This document shows positions 1 through 10,994 of a stretch of DNA of 36,938 nucleotides, one piece after another (the stretch's first letter is position 1; every line of letters starts with the position of its first letter). This stretch comes from Thermoanaerobaculia bacterium. GTDB lineage: Bacteria > Acidobacteriota > Thermoanaerobaculia > Gp7-AA8. The notes below the pieces were generated by a model that did not search any database, was not told the origin of the DNA, and worked only from the letters and a program-made list of their open reading frames with translations. The stretch is from the NCBI GenBank assembly GCA_017883215.1, contig JADGOA010000002.1:1-36938 (forward strand), given 5' to 3'. The position numbers and the translations under genes are program-made.

Positions 1-197
1 ATGCCTTCGCAAGCGGCCGCGATGGCTCGCGACTGACCGATCGCTCCGGCTGCTGCTGCGATGCCGAGAACGAATGCGGCGGAGACCAGCCCCCACCCAC
101 CTGTCGCCGACAGCGGCTGCGACGGTGCCGTCTGGGCGAACGACGACACTGCGAGCAGCGCCAGAACGACGAACATCATGATGATTCGCTTGTTCAC
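1..197 (-). CDS. atpE: F-type ATP synthase subunit c, 5' part (runs off the window edge)
   Basis: Not in the ORF track because it is truncated. The minus frame is open from GTG 197-195 to base 1, with GGAGG at 210-206 eight nt upstream. Translation: VNKRIIMMFVVLALLAVSSFAQTAPSQPLSATGGWGLVSAAFVLGIAAAAGAIGQSRAIAAACEG... The Gly/Ala-rich helix 1 and the IGQ.RA..A.EG loop are typical of c subunits. It lies directly downstream of atpB. Confidence 0.75.
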   Translation of the reverse strand, partial: MNKRIIMMFVVLALLAVSSFAQTAPSQPLSATGGWGLVSAAFVLGIAAAAGAIGQSRAIAAACEG

Positions 198-244
198 TCC
201 GATTTCCTCCTTTTCAGATTCTGCTAAACCCCTGAACTAGTGTC

Positions 245-949
245 TTAGTGTTCTTCGGTTGCGATGGCGCCACTGATGTACACCATCGTCAGCATGATGA
301 AGACGAACGTCTGCAGGAGCGCGCCGAAAATGCCCAGTGCCATCATCGGCCAGGGAACCACGAGCGGCACCAGACCCATGAAGATGCCGGTGGCCGTGTG
401 CTCGCCGAAGATGTTGCCGAACAGACGCATACCCAGCGAGAGGACTCGCGCCAGGTTGCCGATGATCTCGATCGGAAACATCAGGGGGGCCAGCCACCAG
501 AGCGGCCCCATGAAGTGCTTCAGGTAGCCGAATCCGTGACTCCGGATTCCCTGCCAGTTGAAGTAGAGAAATGACGTAATCGCGAGAGCGAATGTCGTAT
601 TCGGATTGCTCGTCGGCGGAGCCAGGAAGTAGAACAACCCGAAGATGTTCGACAGGAAGATGAACACCGTGAAAGCGCCGATGATGTAGAGGTACTTCTC
701 GCCGTCGTGACCGATGATGTCATTGAGCAGGGTTTTGAGACCCTGCACTGTCAGCTCCAGCACGTGCTGCAGCGGGCCGGGATTGTCTTTGCTGATCCGC
801 CGCGATGCGAGCGGGAAGACGATGCAGCAGATCAGAAACACCAGAAAGGCATTGATGACGTGATCGGGGATGTTCCACGCGAACTGGTGCTGCACGCCGT
901 GCCACAGACGGTTCACCGGCGCGTACAGAATTGAGTATTCGTGTCCCAT
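245..949 (-). CDS. atpB: F-type ATP synthase subunit a
   Basis: 234 aa polytopic protein. It carries the subunit-a signature around the essential Arg (LARVLSLGMRLFGNIFGEH) and the C-terminal LQTFVFIMLTMVYISGA helix. Confidence 0.95.
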   Translation of the reverse strand: MGHEYSILYAPVNRLWHGVQHQFAWNIPDHVINAFLVFLICCIVFPLASRRISKDNPGPLQHVLELTVQGLKTLLNDIIGHDGEKYLYIIGAFTVFIFLSNIFGLFYFLAPPTSNPNTTFALAITSFLYFNWQGIRSHGFGYLKHFMGPLWWLAPLMFPIEIIGNLARVLSLGMRLFGNIFGEHTATGIFMGLVPLVVPWPMMALGIFGALLQTFVFIMLTMVYISGAIATEEH

Positions 950-953
950 TCAG

Positions 954-1358
954 CTAATCCAAGAGACCTCTGAGGCTGGTGTACAGAGCTTCACCCGCTA
1001 TCCCCACCACCACGATCGAGAACCCCAGCAACACACTGAGTGCATCAAAACGAGCTACGAGGAGCGTGACCGGGATTGCCACACCGAGGAGGAGGAACCG
1101 GCCGAGGGTCCGTACGGTCAGCCTCCGTGCGTGCAGCGCTGGCGACGGCTGGAGCACCGCTTCCACGATTTCCTCCAGCCAAAGGAAGCTGATCATAGTC
1201 ACGGCCGCACTGCAAGTCAATGCGAGAAGTGGCCGAAAACCCCGAAAAATGGCCGTAAAAATCGCGAACGCGACATACGCACCGACGCTGATGCGCCGGA
1301 TGCGGCGCAGCACCTGCGCTGCGTTCTCGTCAGTGCTCTCGGGCGCCGGAGTTTCCAT
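954..1358 (-). CDS. atpI: ATP synthase protein I-like small membrane protein
   Basis: 134 aa with about four hydrophobic helices. It sits immediately upstream of atpB, with a 4-nt gap. The assignment rests on position and topology; sequence similarity could not be verified. Confidence 0.55.
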   Translation of the reverse strand: METPAPESTDENAAQVLRRIRRISVGAYVAFAIFTAIFRGFRPLLALTCSAAVTMISFLWLEEIVEAVLQPSPALHARRLTVRTLGRFLLLGVAIPVTLLVARFDALSVLLGFSIVVVGIAGEALYTSLRGLLD

Positions 1359-1374
1359 GCAGTTATGAGTGGGT

Positions 1375-1401
1375 AGTGATCACTGGTCACTGATCACTGG
1401 T
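1375..1401. repeat. Tandem heptamers CACTGGT/CACTGAT x3
   Basis: agtgat cactggt cactgat cactggt. It lies in the 35-nt spacer between the AtpZ-like gene and atpI and overlaps the AtpZ-like stop codon. Confidence 0.85.
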
Positions 1402-1612
1402 CTCCCCTTCCCGCGCGGAAGAGATTCACAAAAGCCGCAGCCACGCCGAGCGCGGTGAAGATGATCGTCAGCCACGGCCGCAGACCGAGCAATCCATCCA
1501 GCCAGTGGCCGAAAAGATAGCCGAGTCCGATCGCCACGGGGAACATCAAGCCGAGCGTGGCAGCCTCGTAGACAGCCTGGGCCTGCGACCGCTTTTCCTT
1601 ATCGTCCGCCAT
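1394..1612 (-). CDS. AtpZ/AtpI-family small membrane protein (putative F0F1-ATPase accessory subunit)
   Basis: 72 aa with two TM helices. The pattern LGLMFPVAIGLGYLFGHWLDGLLGLRPWLTIIFTALGVAAAFVNLF matches the AtpZ-type family (G.wLD...g..Pw...g..lG). Its ATG at 1612 lies 14 nt inside the 3' end of nuoN. Confidence 0.6.
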   Translation of the reverse strand: MADDKEKRSQAQAVYEAATLGLMFPVAIGLGYLFGHWLDGLLGLRPWLTIIFTALGVAAAFVNLFRAGRGDQ

Positions 1613-3131
1613 GCAGTTCAGCCGCGCGCGTCGCGACCCACTGCGACGACTGCTCTACCTGAGAGATCAGCGGCGCGGGAAGAATACCGAAAATCAGGGT
1701 CACCGCAAGCGCAATCCCGCCGACCAGCTGCAGCGAAGTCGAATTCGCGACCTCGGCGTCCTGCCCGTCGCGGAGATACATCGCCACGACCACGCGGAAG
1801 TAGTAGAAGATCGACACGGCCGACATCAGCACGGCGATGATGGCCAGCCACCCGTACCCGGCCTGGATCGCTGCGGCGAAGAGGTAGTACTTCCCGATGA
1901 ATCCGGCCGTCGGCGGGATGCCCCCGAGCGACAGCAGAAACATGACCATGGCGAAGGCCCAGAACGGGGCGCGCTTGTGCAGGCCATCGAAGTCGTCGAT
2001 CAACTCGCCGGCATACTCGTGGCGCCGCATCATCAGCACCGTCGCCCAGATGCCGAGGTTCGCGAAGACGTAGACGACCGTGTAGATCAGGATGCCGCGC
2101 AGACCCGTGGAGCTCATGGCGATGATGCCGAGCAGGATGTAGCCGGCATGACCGATCGACGAGTACGCCAGCATCCGCTTGATGTTGGTCTGAGTGATCG
2201 CGGCGAGATTTCCGACGATCATCGAGAGCGCCGCAACGACAGCGAGGACGTTGCTCCAGTCGAGGTGGAAACTCGGAAGGGCCACGTAGAACACGCGTGC
2301 GAAGACTGCGAAGGCCGCAGCCTTCGAGCCGGTGGAGAGGAATGCCGTGATGGGCGTGGGAGCGCCGACGTAGACGTCCGGCGTCCAGACGTGGAACGGC
2401 ACCGCGCCGACTTTGAAGCAGAGGCCCGCCCCGAGGAGCATGATGCCGAACATGAGGGCGTTGTTGGTGGTGAGCGTCGACATGACTTTGGCGATGTCGA
2501 GGAGATTCAACGAGGCGCAGACCCCGTAGATGAGGGAAAGTCCGTACAACAGAATCGCCGAGCTGACCGCGCCGAGGATGAAGTACTTCATCGCCGCCTC
2601 GGTCGACTTCTCCTCGTTCTTGTAATAACCGGCCAGGATGTAGCTCGAAAGCGACATCAGCTCCAACCCCACCCAGATGGCGATCAGGTGGACGCCGGAG
2701 GCCATGAACATCATCCCGCACAGCGCGAAGCCAAGCAGTGAGTAGTACTCCCACGTCGAGTAGCGCGACTCACGAAGAAAGTCGTCCGAGAGCAGGACCA
2801 CCATGGCCATGGCTGCCACGAACAAGAGCTTGAAGAAAATCGAGAACGCGTCCAGCGCAAACATCTGCGAGAAGCTGGCTGAGAGCGTCATCCCCTCGGC
2901 CAATGACGAGCAGACCACGACCGAAATGGCGGTGATGGCGAGAAGTGCCAGCGTCCACCACTTCGCGGAGGCGCCGGTGTTCGCTGCCGCTGCCGGTTCT
3001 TCAACCGGGTGCAGACTCATGGAGGTGGAGCGTTTCGGCCGTCCCGTGAAGAACGGCCCGAGCAGCAACAGCGACGCGCCGATGGTCAGGATGATCTCGG
3101 GCAGCAGAACGACGACGTCGTTCCAGCTCAT
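1599..3131 (-). CDS. nuoN: NADH-quinone oxidoreductase subunit N (antiporter-like)
   Basis: 510 aa polytopic Mrp/ND2-like protein, last gene of the nuo string. It overlaps nuoM by 4 nt. Confidence 0.9.
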   Translation of the reverse strand: MSWNDVVVLLPEIILTIGASLLLLGPFFTGRPKRSTSMSLHPVEEPAAAANTGASAKWWTLALLAITAISVVVCSSLAEGMTLSASFSQMFALDAFSIFFKLLFVAAMAMVVLLSDDFLRESRYSTWEYYSLLGFALCGMMFMASGVHLIAIWVGLELMSLSSYILAGYYKNEEKSTEAAMKYFILGAVSSAILLYGLSLIYGVCASLNLLDIAKVMSTLTTNNALMFGIMLLGAGLCFKVGAVPFHVWTPDVYVGAPTPITAFLSTGSKAAAFAVFARVFYVALPSFHLDWSNVLAVVAALSMIVGNLAAITQTNIKRMLAYSSIGHAGYILLGIIAMSSTGLRGILIYTVVYVFANLGIWATVLMMRRHEYAGELIDDFDGLHKRAPFWAFAMVMFLLSLGGIPPTAGFIGKYYLFAAAIQAGYGWLAIIAVLMSAVSIFYYFRVVVAMYLRDGQDAEVANSTSLQLVGGIALAVTLIFGILPAPLISQVEQSSQWVATRAAELHGGR

Positions 3132-4789
3132 CTCACCTCCGCAATGCGCTCCGCAGGCGCCGGCTTGACTGCAGCAGGAGCCTTCGTCGCCACAACCTCA
3201 GGCGCAGGGGCCGCCAGCCTGGCGTAATACTGCGGATCGACTTTGAGAACGACGTAGTCGACCGGTTCCTTGATCGTGTCGAAGAAGATTCCGGGCGCGA
3301 TCCCGATCCACACCATGCACGCGATCAGCGGCAGGATGGTGAGGAGCTCGCGCCGGTTCAGGTCGAGCAGATTCTGGTTCTTCGGATTGTCGAGTGGCCC
3401 CCAGAACACCCGCTGGTAGAGCCACAGCAGGTACGCCGCGCCCAGCACGATGCCCAAGGCCGCAAACCCCGCCCACACCATGCTGCGGTTGGCGGCGCCG
3501 AGAAGGATGGTGAACTCGCCGATGAATCCATTCAGCCCCGGCAGGCCGAGCGAGGAGAGCGCGGTGATGAGAAAAAGGGTCGCGTACATCGGCATCTGCT
3601 TCGCCAGCCCGCCGTACTCCGCGATCATGCGGGTGTGGCGGCGCTCGTAGATGATGCCCACCAGAAGGAAGAGCGCGCCGGTGGAAATGCCGTGGTTGAT
3701 CATCTGCAGCACCGAGCCGCGCAGACCCATGGGGTTCAGCGCGAACATGCCCAGCATGACGAAGCCGAGGTGCGAGACTGACGAGTACGCGATGAGCTTC
3801 TTCATGTCCTTCTGTACCAGCGTGACGAGCGCGCCGTACACGATGCCGATGATCGAGAGAACGACGACGGGAATGATCAGCTGCCTCGTGCCGTCGGGAA
3901 GGATCGGCAACGCGAAGCGGATGAATCCGTAGGCGCCCATTTTCAGGAGGACGGCGGCGAGGATGACCGAGCCGGCCGTCGGCGCTTCGGTGTGCGCGTC
4001 AGGCAGCCAGGTGTGGAACGGGAACATCGGCACCTTGATGGCGAAGCCGAAGAAGAAACCGAGGAAGAGCCAGAACTGCAGCGTCGGCGGGATGAGGTGG
4101 CCGATGTTGTGGTACTGCAGAACGTCGAAGGTCGGGGTGTGGCCGAGTCCCTTGATGTTGAGAAACGGGATCCCGTCGCTGTTGAAGAAATAGAGCGCCA
4201 GGATCGACAGCAGCATCAGCACGGAGCCGGAGAGGGTGTAGATGAAGAACTTGATGGCCGCGTAGAGCCTGCGCTCGCCGCCCCAGATGCCGATCAGGAA
4301 GTACATCGGAACGAGCATGACTTCCCAGAAGACGTAGAAGAGGAAGAAGTCGAGGGCGCAGAACGTGCCGATCATGCCTGTCTGCAGCAGGAGGAGAAGG
4401 ACGTAATACTCCTTCTGCCGCTGCGTGATCGCCGAGAACGACGAGTAGATCGCGATCAGGCCGGTCATCGTCGTCAGCAGGATGAGCAGCAGGGCGATGC
4501 CGTCGATGGCAAACGTGTACTTCACGCCGATGGCCGGAATCCAGTCGAAGCTCTCTTTGAACTGGAAGAGCCTGGCGCCGGTTCCCTTCGGGTCGAAGTA
4601 GATCCACAGCGGAATCGACAACACGAAATCGATCGCCGCGACGATCGTGGCGATCGCCTTGATGGCCGTGGCGTTCTCCTTCCTGACGAAGAAGACGATG
4701 AACAGCGCCCCGATCAGCGGGATGAAGGTGATGATCGAGAGGATCGGAACGCTCGGATTGTTGTAAATACCCATCGCTATGGCTCCCAA
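3128..4789 (-). CDS. nuoM: NADH-quinone oxidoreductase subunit M
   Basis: 553 aa ND4-like protein with motifs WLPDAHTEAPTAGSVILA and KKLIAYSSVSHLGF. Confidence 0.95.
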   Translation of the reverse strand: MGAIAMGIYNNPSVPILSIITFIPLIGALFIVFFVRKENATAIKAIATIVAAIDFVLSIPLWIYFDPKGTGARLFQFKESFDWIPAIGVKYTFAIDGIALLLILLTTMTGLIAIYSSFSAITQRQKEYYVLLLLLQTGMIGTFCALDFFLFYVFWEVMLVPMYFLIGIWGGERRLYAAIKFFIYTLSGSVLMLLSILALYFFNSDGIPFLNIKGLGHTPTFDVLQYHNIGHLIPPTLQFWLFLGFFFGFAIKVPMFPFHTWLPDAHTEAPTAGSVILAAVLLKMGAYGFIRFALPILPDGTRQLIIPVVVLSIIGIVYGALVTLVQKDMKKLIAYSSVSHLGFVMLGMFALNPMGLRGSVLQMINHGISTGALFLLVGIIYERRHTRMIAEYGGLAKQMPMYATLFLITALSSLGLPGLNGFIGEFTILLGAANRSMVWAGFAALGIVLGAAYLLWLYQRVFWGPLDNPKNQNLLDLNRRELLTILPLIACMVWIGIAPGIFFDTIKEPVDYVVLKVDPQYYARLAAPAPEVVATKAPAAVKPAPAERIAEVR

Positions 4790-4792
4790 CGG

Positions 4793-6961
<2,169 letters not shown>

Positions 6962-7000
6962 GCGCGGCCTCCGGAATCGCTGCCCTCGATCTGAAGCAGG

Positions 7001-7303
7001 CTAGCCATGGAGTTCCCTCACCTCGTCGATGTTGACCGTGGCTCGAATTCGGTACAACTGGATGATGATCGCCAGGCCGACCGCGGCTTCGCCGGCGGCG
7101 ATGGTGATGATGAAGACGCTGAAGATCTGTCCCTCGAGCGACGAGAGGCGGCTCGAGAACGCCACCAGATTGAGGTTGACGGCGTTGAGCATCAGCTCGA
7201 TGCACATCAGCACGGTGATCATGTTCCGGCGGACGACCACGCCGATCAGACCGACGGTGAACAGCGTCGCCGCCAGCATCAGGTAGGCCTGGGTGCTAGG
7301 CAT
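7001..7303 (-). CDS. nuoK: NADH-quinone oxidoreductase subunit K
   Basis: 100 aa with three TM helices. ND4L-type sequence: [11 protein letters not shown] ... [11 protein letters not shown]. Confidence 0.95.
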   Translation of the reverse strand: MPSTQAYLMLAATLFTVGLIGVVVRRNMITVLMCIELMLNAVNLNLVAFSSRLSSLEGQIFSVFIITIAAGEAAVGLAIIIQLYRIRATVNIDEVRELHG

Positions 7304-7982
7304 TGACGACCTCCTTTACCTCGTGCTCGGTTTTCACCCGGTCCAGGATGAAGTCCGGCGCGGTTTCTTCTTCCATGGCGCCGAGCTCTCGCTTGCCGAT
7401 CACGATCGCGCCGATCATGGCCACGAGCAGAAAGAGCGAGGCCACCTCGAACGGCACCAGGTACTCCTGATAGAGCGAGTTGCCGACCGCCTCCGAGTTG
7501 CCGGCGAGCGTGTAATGCACCACCGGCCCGGTGGTGGCCTTCCCGTTCGCAGCGACCGTGGTCTCCATCGTGTGCGTGGCGATGCTCTCGAGGATGTCGG
7601 GCCGGTTCACTTCCTGGTGGTAAGGGCCGGTGCGGACGAGCGTGGCCAGCAGGATGAAGATGGCCGCGCCGACGGCGATGCCGCCCAGCCAGTAAGGAGA
7701 GGTGATCCGCTCCTCGGGCAGGGTGCGCACGTTGATGAGCATGACCACGAAGAGGAACAGGACCATGATCCCGCCGGCGTAGACGAGCACCTGCACGGCG
7801 CCGACGAACTCGGCGCCCCGCATCACGAAAAGGACGGCCACGCAGAGGAACGTGACGAGCAGGAACAGCGCGGAGTGCACGGGATTGCGCATGGCCACGA
7901 CGAGGATGGCCGAAGCCACGGTGACGGTGCCGACCAGCAGGAAAACCACCAGCGGCATGTTTGCGGTGAGGGCGTCCATCAC
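7296..7982 (-). CDS. nuoJ: NADH-quinone oxidoreductase subunit J
   Basis: 228 aa ND6-like protein ([17 protein letters not shown] type N-terminus). It lies between nuoI and nuoK, with overlaps at both junctions. Confidence 0.9.
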   Translation of the reverse strand: MMDALTANMPLVVFLLVGTVTVASAILVVAMRNPVHSALFLLVTFLCVAVLFVMRGAEFVGAVQVLVYAGGIMVLFLFVVMLINVRTLPEERITSPYWLGGIAVGAAIFILLATLVRTGPYHQEVNRPDILESIATHTMETTVAANGKATTGPVVHYTLAGNSEAVGNSLYQEYLVPFEVASLFLLVAMIGAIVIGKRELGAMEEETAPDFILDRVKTEHEVKEVVNA

Positions 7983-8542
7983 TCGGCGCTCCCCGGGATC
8001 AGCCGCGCGCCGGCCGGCGCGGGCTTCCCTGCCTCGATCTGAGGCTTGGCATTTTCTTCCGGCAACCCTGTGTACTTCGGGCGGTCTTCCCAGTACTCGA
8101 GCTGTTGCATGTTGAAGTAGAGGTCGTTGCGGTCATAGCTGGCCAGCTCGTAGGTCTTGGTGGTGAGCCAGATCGATTTCGGTTTGGTCGGGCACGCTTC
8201 TTCGCAGAGCGCGCAGAACATGCAGCGCTTCACGTCGATGTCGTAGCGGTCCAGAACTTTCAGCTTCTTCGGCTTACCGTCCACCATCTGCGTCTCGTCG
8301 TGGACGTCGATGTAGATGATGTCGATCGGGCACGCTACCGCGCAGAGCTTGCAGCCGATGCAGCGGTCGAACGAGAAGCGGAACATCCCACGGAAGCGCT
8401 CCGTCGGCTCCATCCGCTCCTCGGGATACTGAATCGTGACCTTCGGCTTGAACAGCTCCCGAAGAGTCGTCTTCAGCCCCTCGAACAGATCGAGGAGCAG
8501 GAACTTCTCTGTCCAGTCAGGCTTCGGATACTCGACTTGCAT
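7979..8542 (-). CDS. nuoI: NADH-quinone oxidoreductase subunit I (2x[4Fe-4S] ferredoxin-type)
   Basis: 187 aa with two CxxCxxCxxxCP motifs (CIGCKLCAVACP and CMFCALCEEACP). It has a C-terminal Pro/Ala-rich tail. Confidence 0.95.
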   Translation of the reverse strand: MQVEYPKPDWTEKFLLLDLFEGLKTTLRELFKPKVTIQYPEERMEPTERFRGMFRFSFDRCIGCKLCAVACPIDIIYIDVHDETQMVDGKPKKLKVLDRYDIDVKRCMFCALCEEACPTKPKSIWLTTKTYELASYDRNDLYFNMQQLEYWEDRPKYTGLPEENAKPQIEAGKPAPAGARLIPGSAE

Positions 8543-9722
8543 GAATCACCTTTGGCGGCTCAGTGGGACGAGCGGCAGCGGCCGGGCGCCGGGGACCGCG
8601 TGTGACGAGGAAGAGTGTCAAGGCGATGATCGCCGCGCCGACGACCGCCATGAGCAGCTCGCCGTACGGATAGATGCCGGCATCGATCTTCAGGTTCGGC
8701 ATGGCCAGAACGAGAATGCCGGTCACGAAGATGTTGCCCAGCGCCAGGGGGATCATCCACTTCCAGCCGAGATCCATCAGCTGATCGAATCGGAATCGCG
8801 GGAACGTGGCGCGGAACCAGACGTAGACGAGCATCAGGGCCATGACCTTGGCGAAGAAGATCGCCGCGCCGATCAGACCGCCCAGCAGGCCGAGCTTCGA
8901 GAGCGCGGCCGTGGTGAGGCCGTAGCCGGCGATGGAAAACGTCCAGCCGCCGAGATAGAGGGTCGCCATCAGGCAGGAGTTGACGAGCATGGAGGCGTAC
9001 TCGGCGAGCATGAAGAAGGCGAACTTCATCCCCGAGTACTCGGTGTGGTATCCGGCCACGAGCTCCGATTCCGCTTCCGGAAGATCGAACGGAACACGGT
9101 TGCTCTCCGCGTTCATCGAAACGAAAAAGATGAAGGCGCCGACCAGCTGCGGCAGCAGGTTCCAGACGTGCCGTTCCTGGTACTGCACGATCTTCACGAG
9201 ATCGAAACTGCCGCAGAGCATCAGCACGCCGACGACGGAAAGTCCGAAGGGCACTTCATACGAAACCATCTGCGCTGCCGAGCGCAGGCCGCCCATCAGC
9301 GAGTACTTGTTGTTGGAGGCCCATCCACCCAGGATGATGCCGTACACAGCCGTCGAGGTCAGGGCCATGATCAGCAGCAGACCGACGTTGACGCGTGTGA
9401 CGGCAAATGCCGGAGGCGGACCGTACGGGATGAGGCAGAAGACGACGAAGGCCGGCAGCAGCGGGATCATCGGTCCGAGGAAGTAAGCCACCTTCTCGGC
9501 GCTGGCCGGAAGAATGTCTTCCTTCAGCATGAGCTTGATCGGGTCGGCGATGATCTGAAAAAGACCGGCCGGTCCGACGCGGTTGGGGCCGAGTCGCGCC
9601 TGCATGAATCCCAGCGTTCGGCGCTCGACCCAGGTCATGGCCGCGACGATCGTCAGCACGATGGTGATGGCGATCAGGAATTTGATGACCGGCCAGATGA
9701 AGAAAAGCATCCAGGGATTCAT
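8517..9722 (-). CDS. nuoH: NADH-quinone oxidoreductase subunit H
   Basis: 401 aa ND1-like protein with motifs ERRTLGFMQARLGPNRVGP and PFDLPEAESELVAGYHTEYSG. It overlaps nuoI by 26 nt. Confidence 0.95.
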   Translation of the reverse strand: MNPWMLFFIWPVIKFLIAITIVLTIVAAMTWVERRTLGFMQARLGPNRVGPAGLFQIIADPIKLMLKEDILPASAEKVAYFLGPMIPLLPAFVVFCLIPYGPPPAFAVTRVNVGLLLIMALTSTAVYGIILGGWASNNKYSLMGGLRSAAQMVSYEVPFGLSVVGVLMLCGSFDLVKIVQYQERHVWNLLPQLVGAFIFFVSMNAESNRVPFDLPEAESELVAGYHTEYSGMKFAFFMLAEYASMLVNSCLMATLYLGGWTFSIAGYGLTTAALSKLGLLGGLIGAAIFFAKVMALMLVYVWFRATFPRFRFDQLMDLGWKWMIPLALGNIFVTGILVLAMPNLKIDAGIYPYGELLMAVVGAAIIALTLFLVTRGPRRPAAAARPTEPPKVIHASRVSEA

Positions 9723-9764
9723 AGGCGACTCTCCGGACTGCGCAGAGAAGAATCAGTGACTACC

Positions 9765-9792
9765 CACTGCGCACTGTCCACTGCGCACTGCC
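9765..9792. repeat. Tandem heptamers CACTGNN x4 in the nuoD-nuoH spacer
   Basis: cactgcg cactgtc cactgcg cactgcc, directly abutting the nuoD stop codon (9793-9795). Confidence 0.9.
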
Positions 9793-10908
9793 TCATCGGT
9801 CCACCTCGCCGAGCACGACGTCGAGCGTCCCGATCAGCGCGACGAGATCGGAGACCAGGTAACCCTTCGCCATCGCCGGCAGCGCCTGCAGATTGATGAA
9901 CGAGGGTGGACGGACGCGGCAGCGATACGCGTTCTGCGTCTTGCCGTCCGAGATGATGTAGTAGCCGAGCTCGCCCTTCGGCGCCTCGATGGAGTGATAA
10001 ACCTCGCCTTCGGGCGGTCGGATCACGCGCGAGATCTTCGCTTTGATGTCCCCCGCAGGCGTTTCCTTGATCATCGGGATGCACTGCTTGAGGATCCGGT
10101 TCGCCTGCCGCATCTCTTCCATGCGCACCAGGTAGCGGTCGTACGTGTCGCCGTTCTTTCCGATGGGAATGTCGAACTGCAGCTCGGGATAGCACTCGTA
10201 GGGCTGTGCTCTCCGCAGGTCCCACTCCACGCCCGAGCCGCGCAGGGGCGGGCCGGTGATGCCCCAGTCGATCGCTTCTTCCGGCGAGATCACGCCGATG
10301 CCGACGGTGCGGCGCTTCCAGATGCGGTTGGTGTTGAGCAGCGCCGCGTATTCGTCGATGGCGGGATCGAACTTGGCGGTGAACTCCTCCAGATCGTCGA
10401 GCCACCCGTCCGGCAGGTCGTCCGGCATGCCGCCGATGCGCATGCAGTTCAGAGTCAGGCGCGCGCCGCAATACGCTTCGAACAGATCGAGGATCTCTTC
10501 GCGCTCGCGGAAAGTGTAGAAGAACGGCGTCATGGCACCGAGGTCGAGGGCGTGCGTGGCCAGCCAGAGGAGGTGGGACGAGAGCCGCTGCAGCTCGCTG
10601 AGCATGACCCGGATCAGCTGGGCGCGTTTCGGAATCTGCTTGGTGATGCCGAGAAGCTTCTCCACCGCTTCGACGTAGCCGAGGTTGTTTGTGGCCGAGG
10701 CCACGTAGTCCAGGCGGTCCGTGTGCGGCACGCACTGCGGATAAGCCATGTTCTCGAAGAGCTTTTCCGTACCGCGGTGCAGATAGCCGATCACCGGCTT
10801 TGCTTCGATGATCCGCTCGCCGTCGATCTTGAGAATGACGCGCAGCACGCCGTGCGTCGACGGATGCTGTGGGCCGAAGTTCACTTCCATTTCATGGACG
10901 TCGAACAT
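9793..10908 (-). CDS. nuoD: NADH-quinone oxidoreductase subunit D (49-kDa/NDUFS2 homologue)
   Basis: Motifs NFGPQHPSTHGVLRV and GYLHRGTEKL. The ORF track extends to 10977, but those extra 23 codons are encoded by the intergenic hairpin repeat. The start is therefore set at ATG 10908 (MFDVHEMEV...), and its position remains uncertain. Confidence 0.9.
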   Translation of the reverse strand: MFDVHEMEVNFGPQHPSTHGVLRVILKIDGERIIEAKPVIGYLHRGTEKLFENMAYPQCVPHTDRLDYVASATNNLGYVEAVEKLLGITKQIPKRAQLIRVMLSELQRLSSHLLWLATHALDLGAMTPFFYTFREREEILDLFEAYCGARLTLNCMRIGGMPDDLPDGWLDDLEEFTAKFDPAIDEYAALLNTNRIWKRRTVGIGVISPEEAIDWGITGPPLRGSGVEWDLRRAQPYECYPELQFDIPIGKNGDTYDRYLVRMEEMRQANRILKQCIPMIKETPAGDIKAKISRVIRPPEGEVYHSIEAPKGELGYYIISDGKTQNAYRCRVRPPSFINLQALPAMAKGYLVSDLVALIGTLDVVLGEVDR

Positions 10909-10920
10909 GGTTTCTTTCTT

Positions 10921-10994
10921 AGTGGGCAGTGCGCAGGGGGCAGCGCGGGTGGGCAGGGGGGACTGCGCACTGCCCACTGCCCACTGCGCACTAC
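10921..10994. repeat. Hairpin with ACTGCGC/ACTGCCC heptamer arms in the nuoC-nuoD spacer
   Basis: agtgggcagtgcgcag (10921-10936) is the perfect reverse complement of ctgcgcactgcccact (10963-10978). The right side continues actgccc actgcgc actac into the nuoC stop codon. Confidence 0.92.

Noticed and set aside
245-1612. The two small membrane proteins upstream of atpB could be AtpQ/AtpR of an N-type (Na+) ATPase operon.
   Set aside because: N-ATPase operons begin with atpD-atpC upstream of atpQ/atpR. Here the upstream gene is nuoN. The 72-aa protein fits the AtpZ pattern, and the 134-aa protein fits the position and topology expected of AtpI. The c-subunit ion-binding site is outside the window, so the idea cannot be tested here.
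10909-10977. Longer nuoD start (MGSAQSPLPTRAAPCALPTKKET...).
   Set aside because: The extra 23 codons are encoded by the intergenic heptamer hairpin and have no counterpart in NuoD proteins. Homologues begin close to the NFGPQHP motif, as the ATG 10908 start does.
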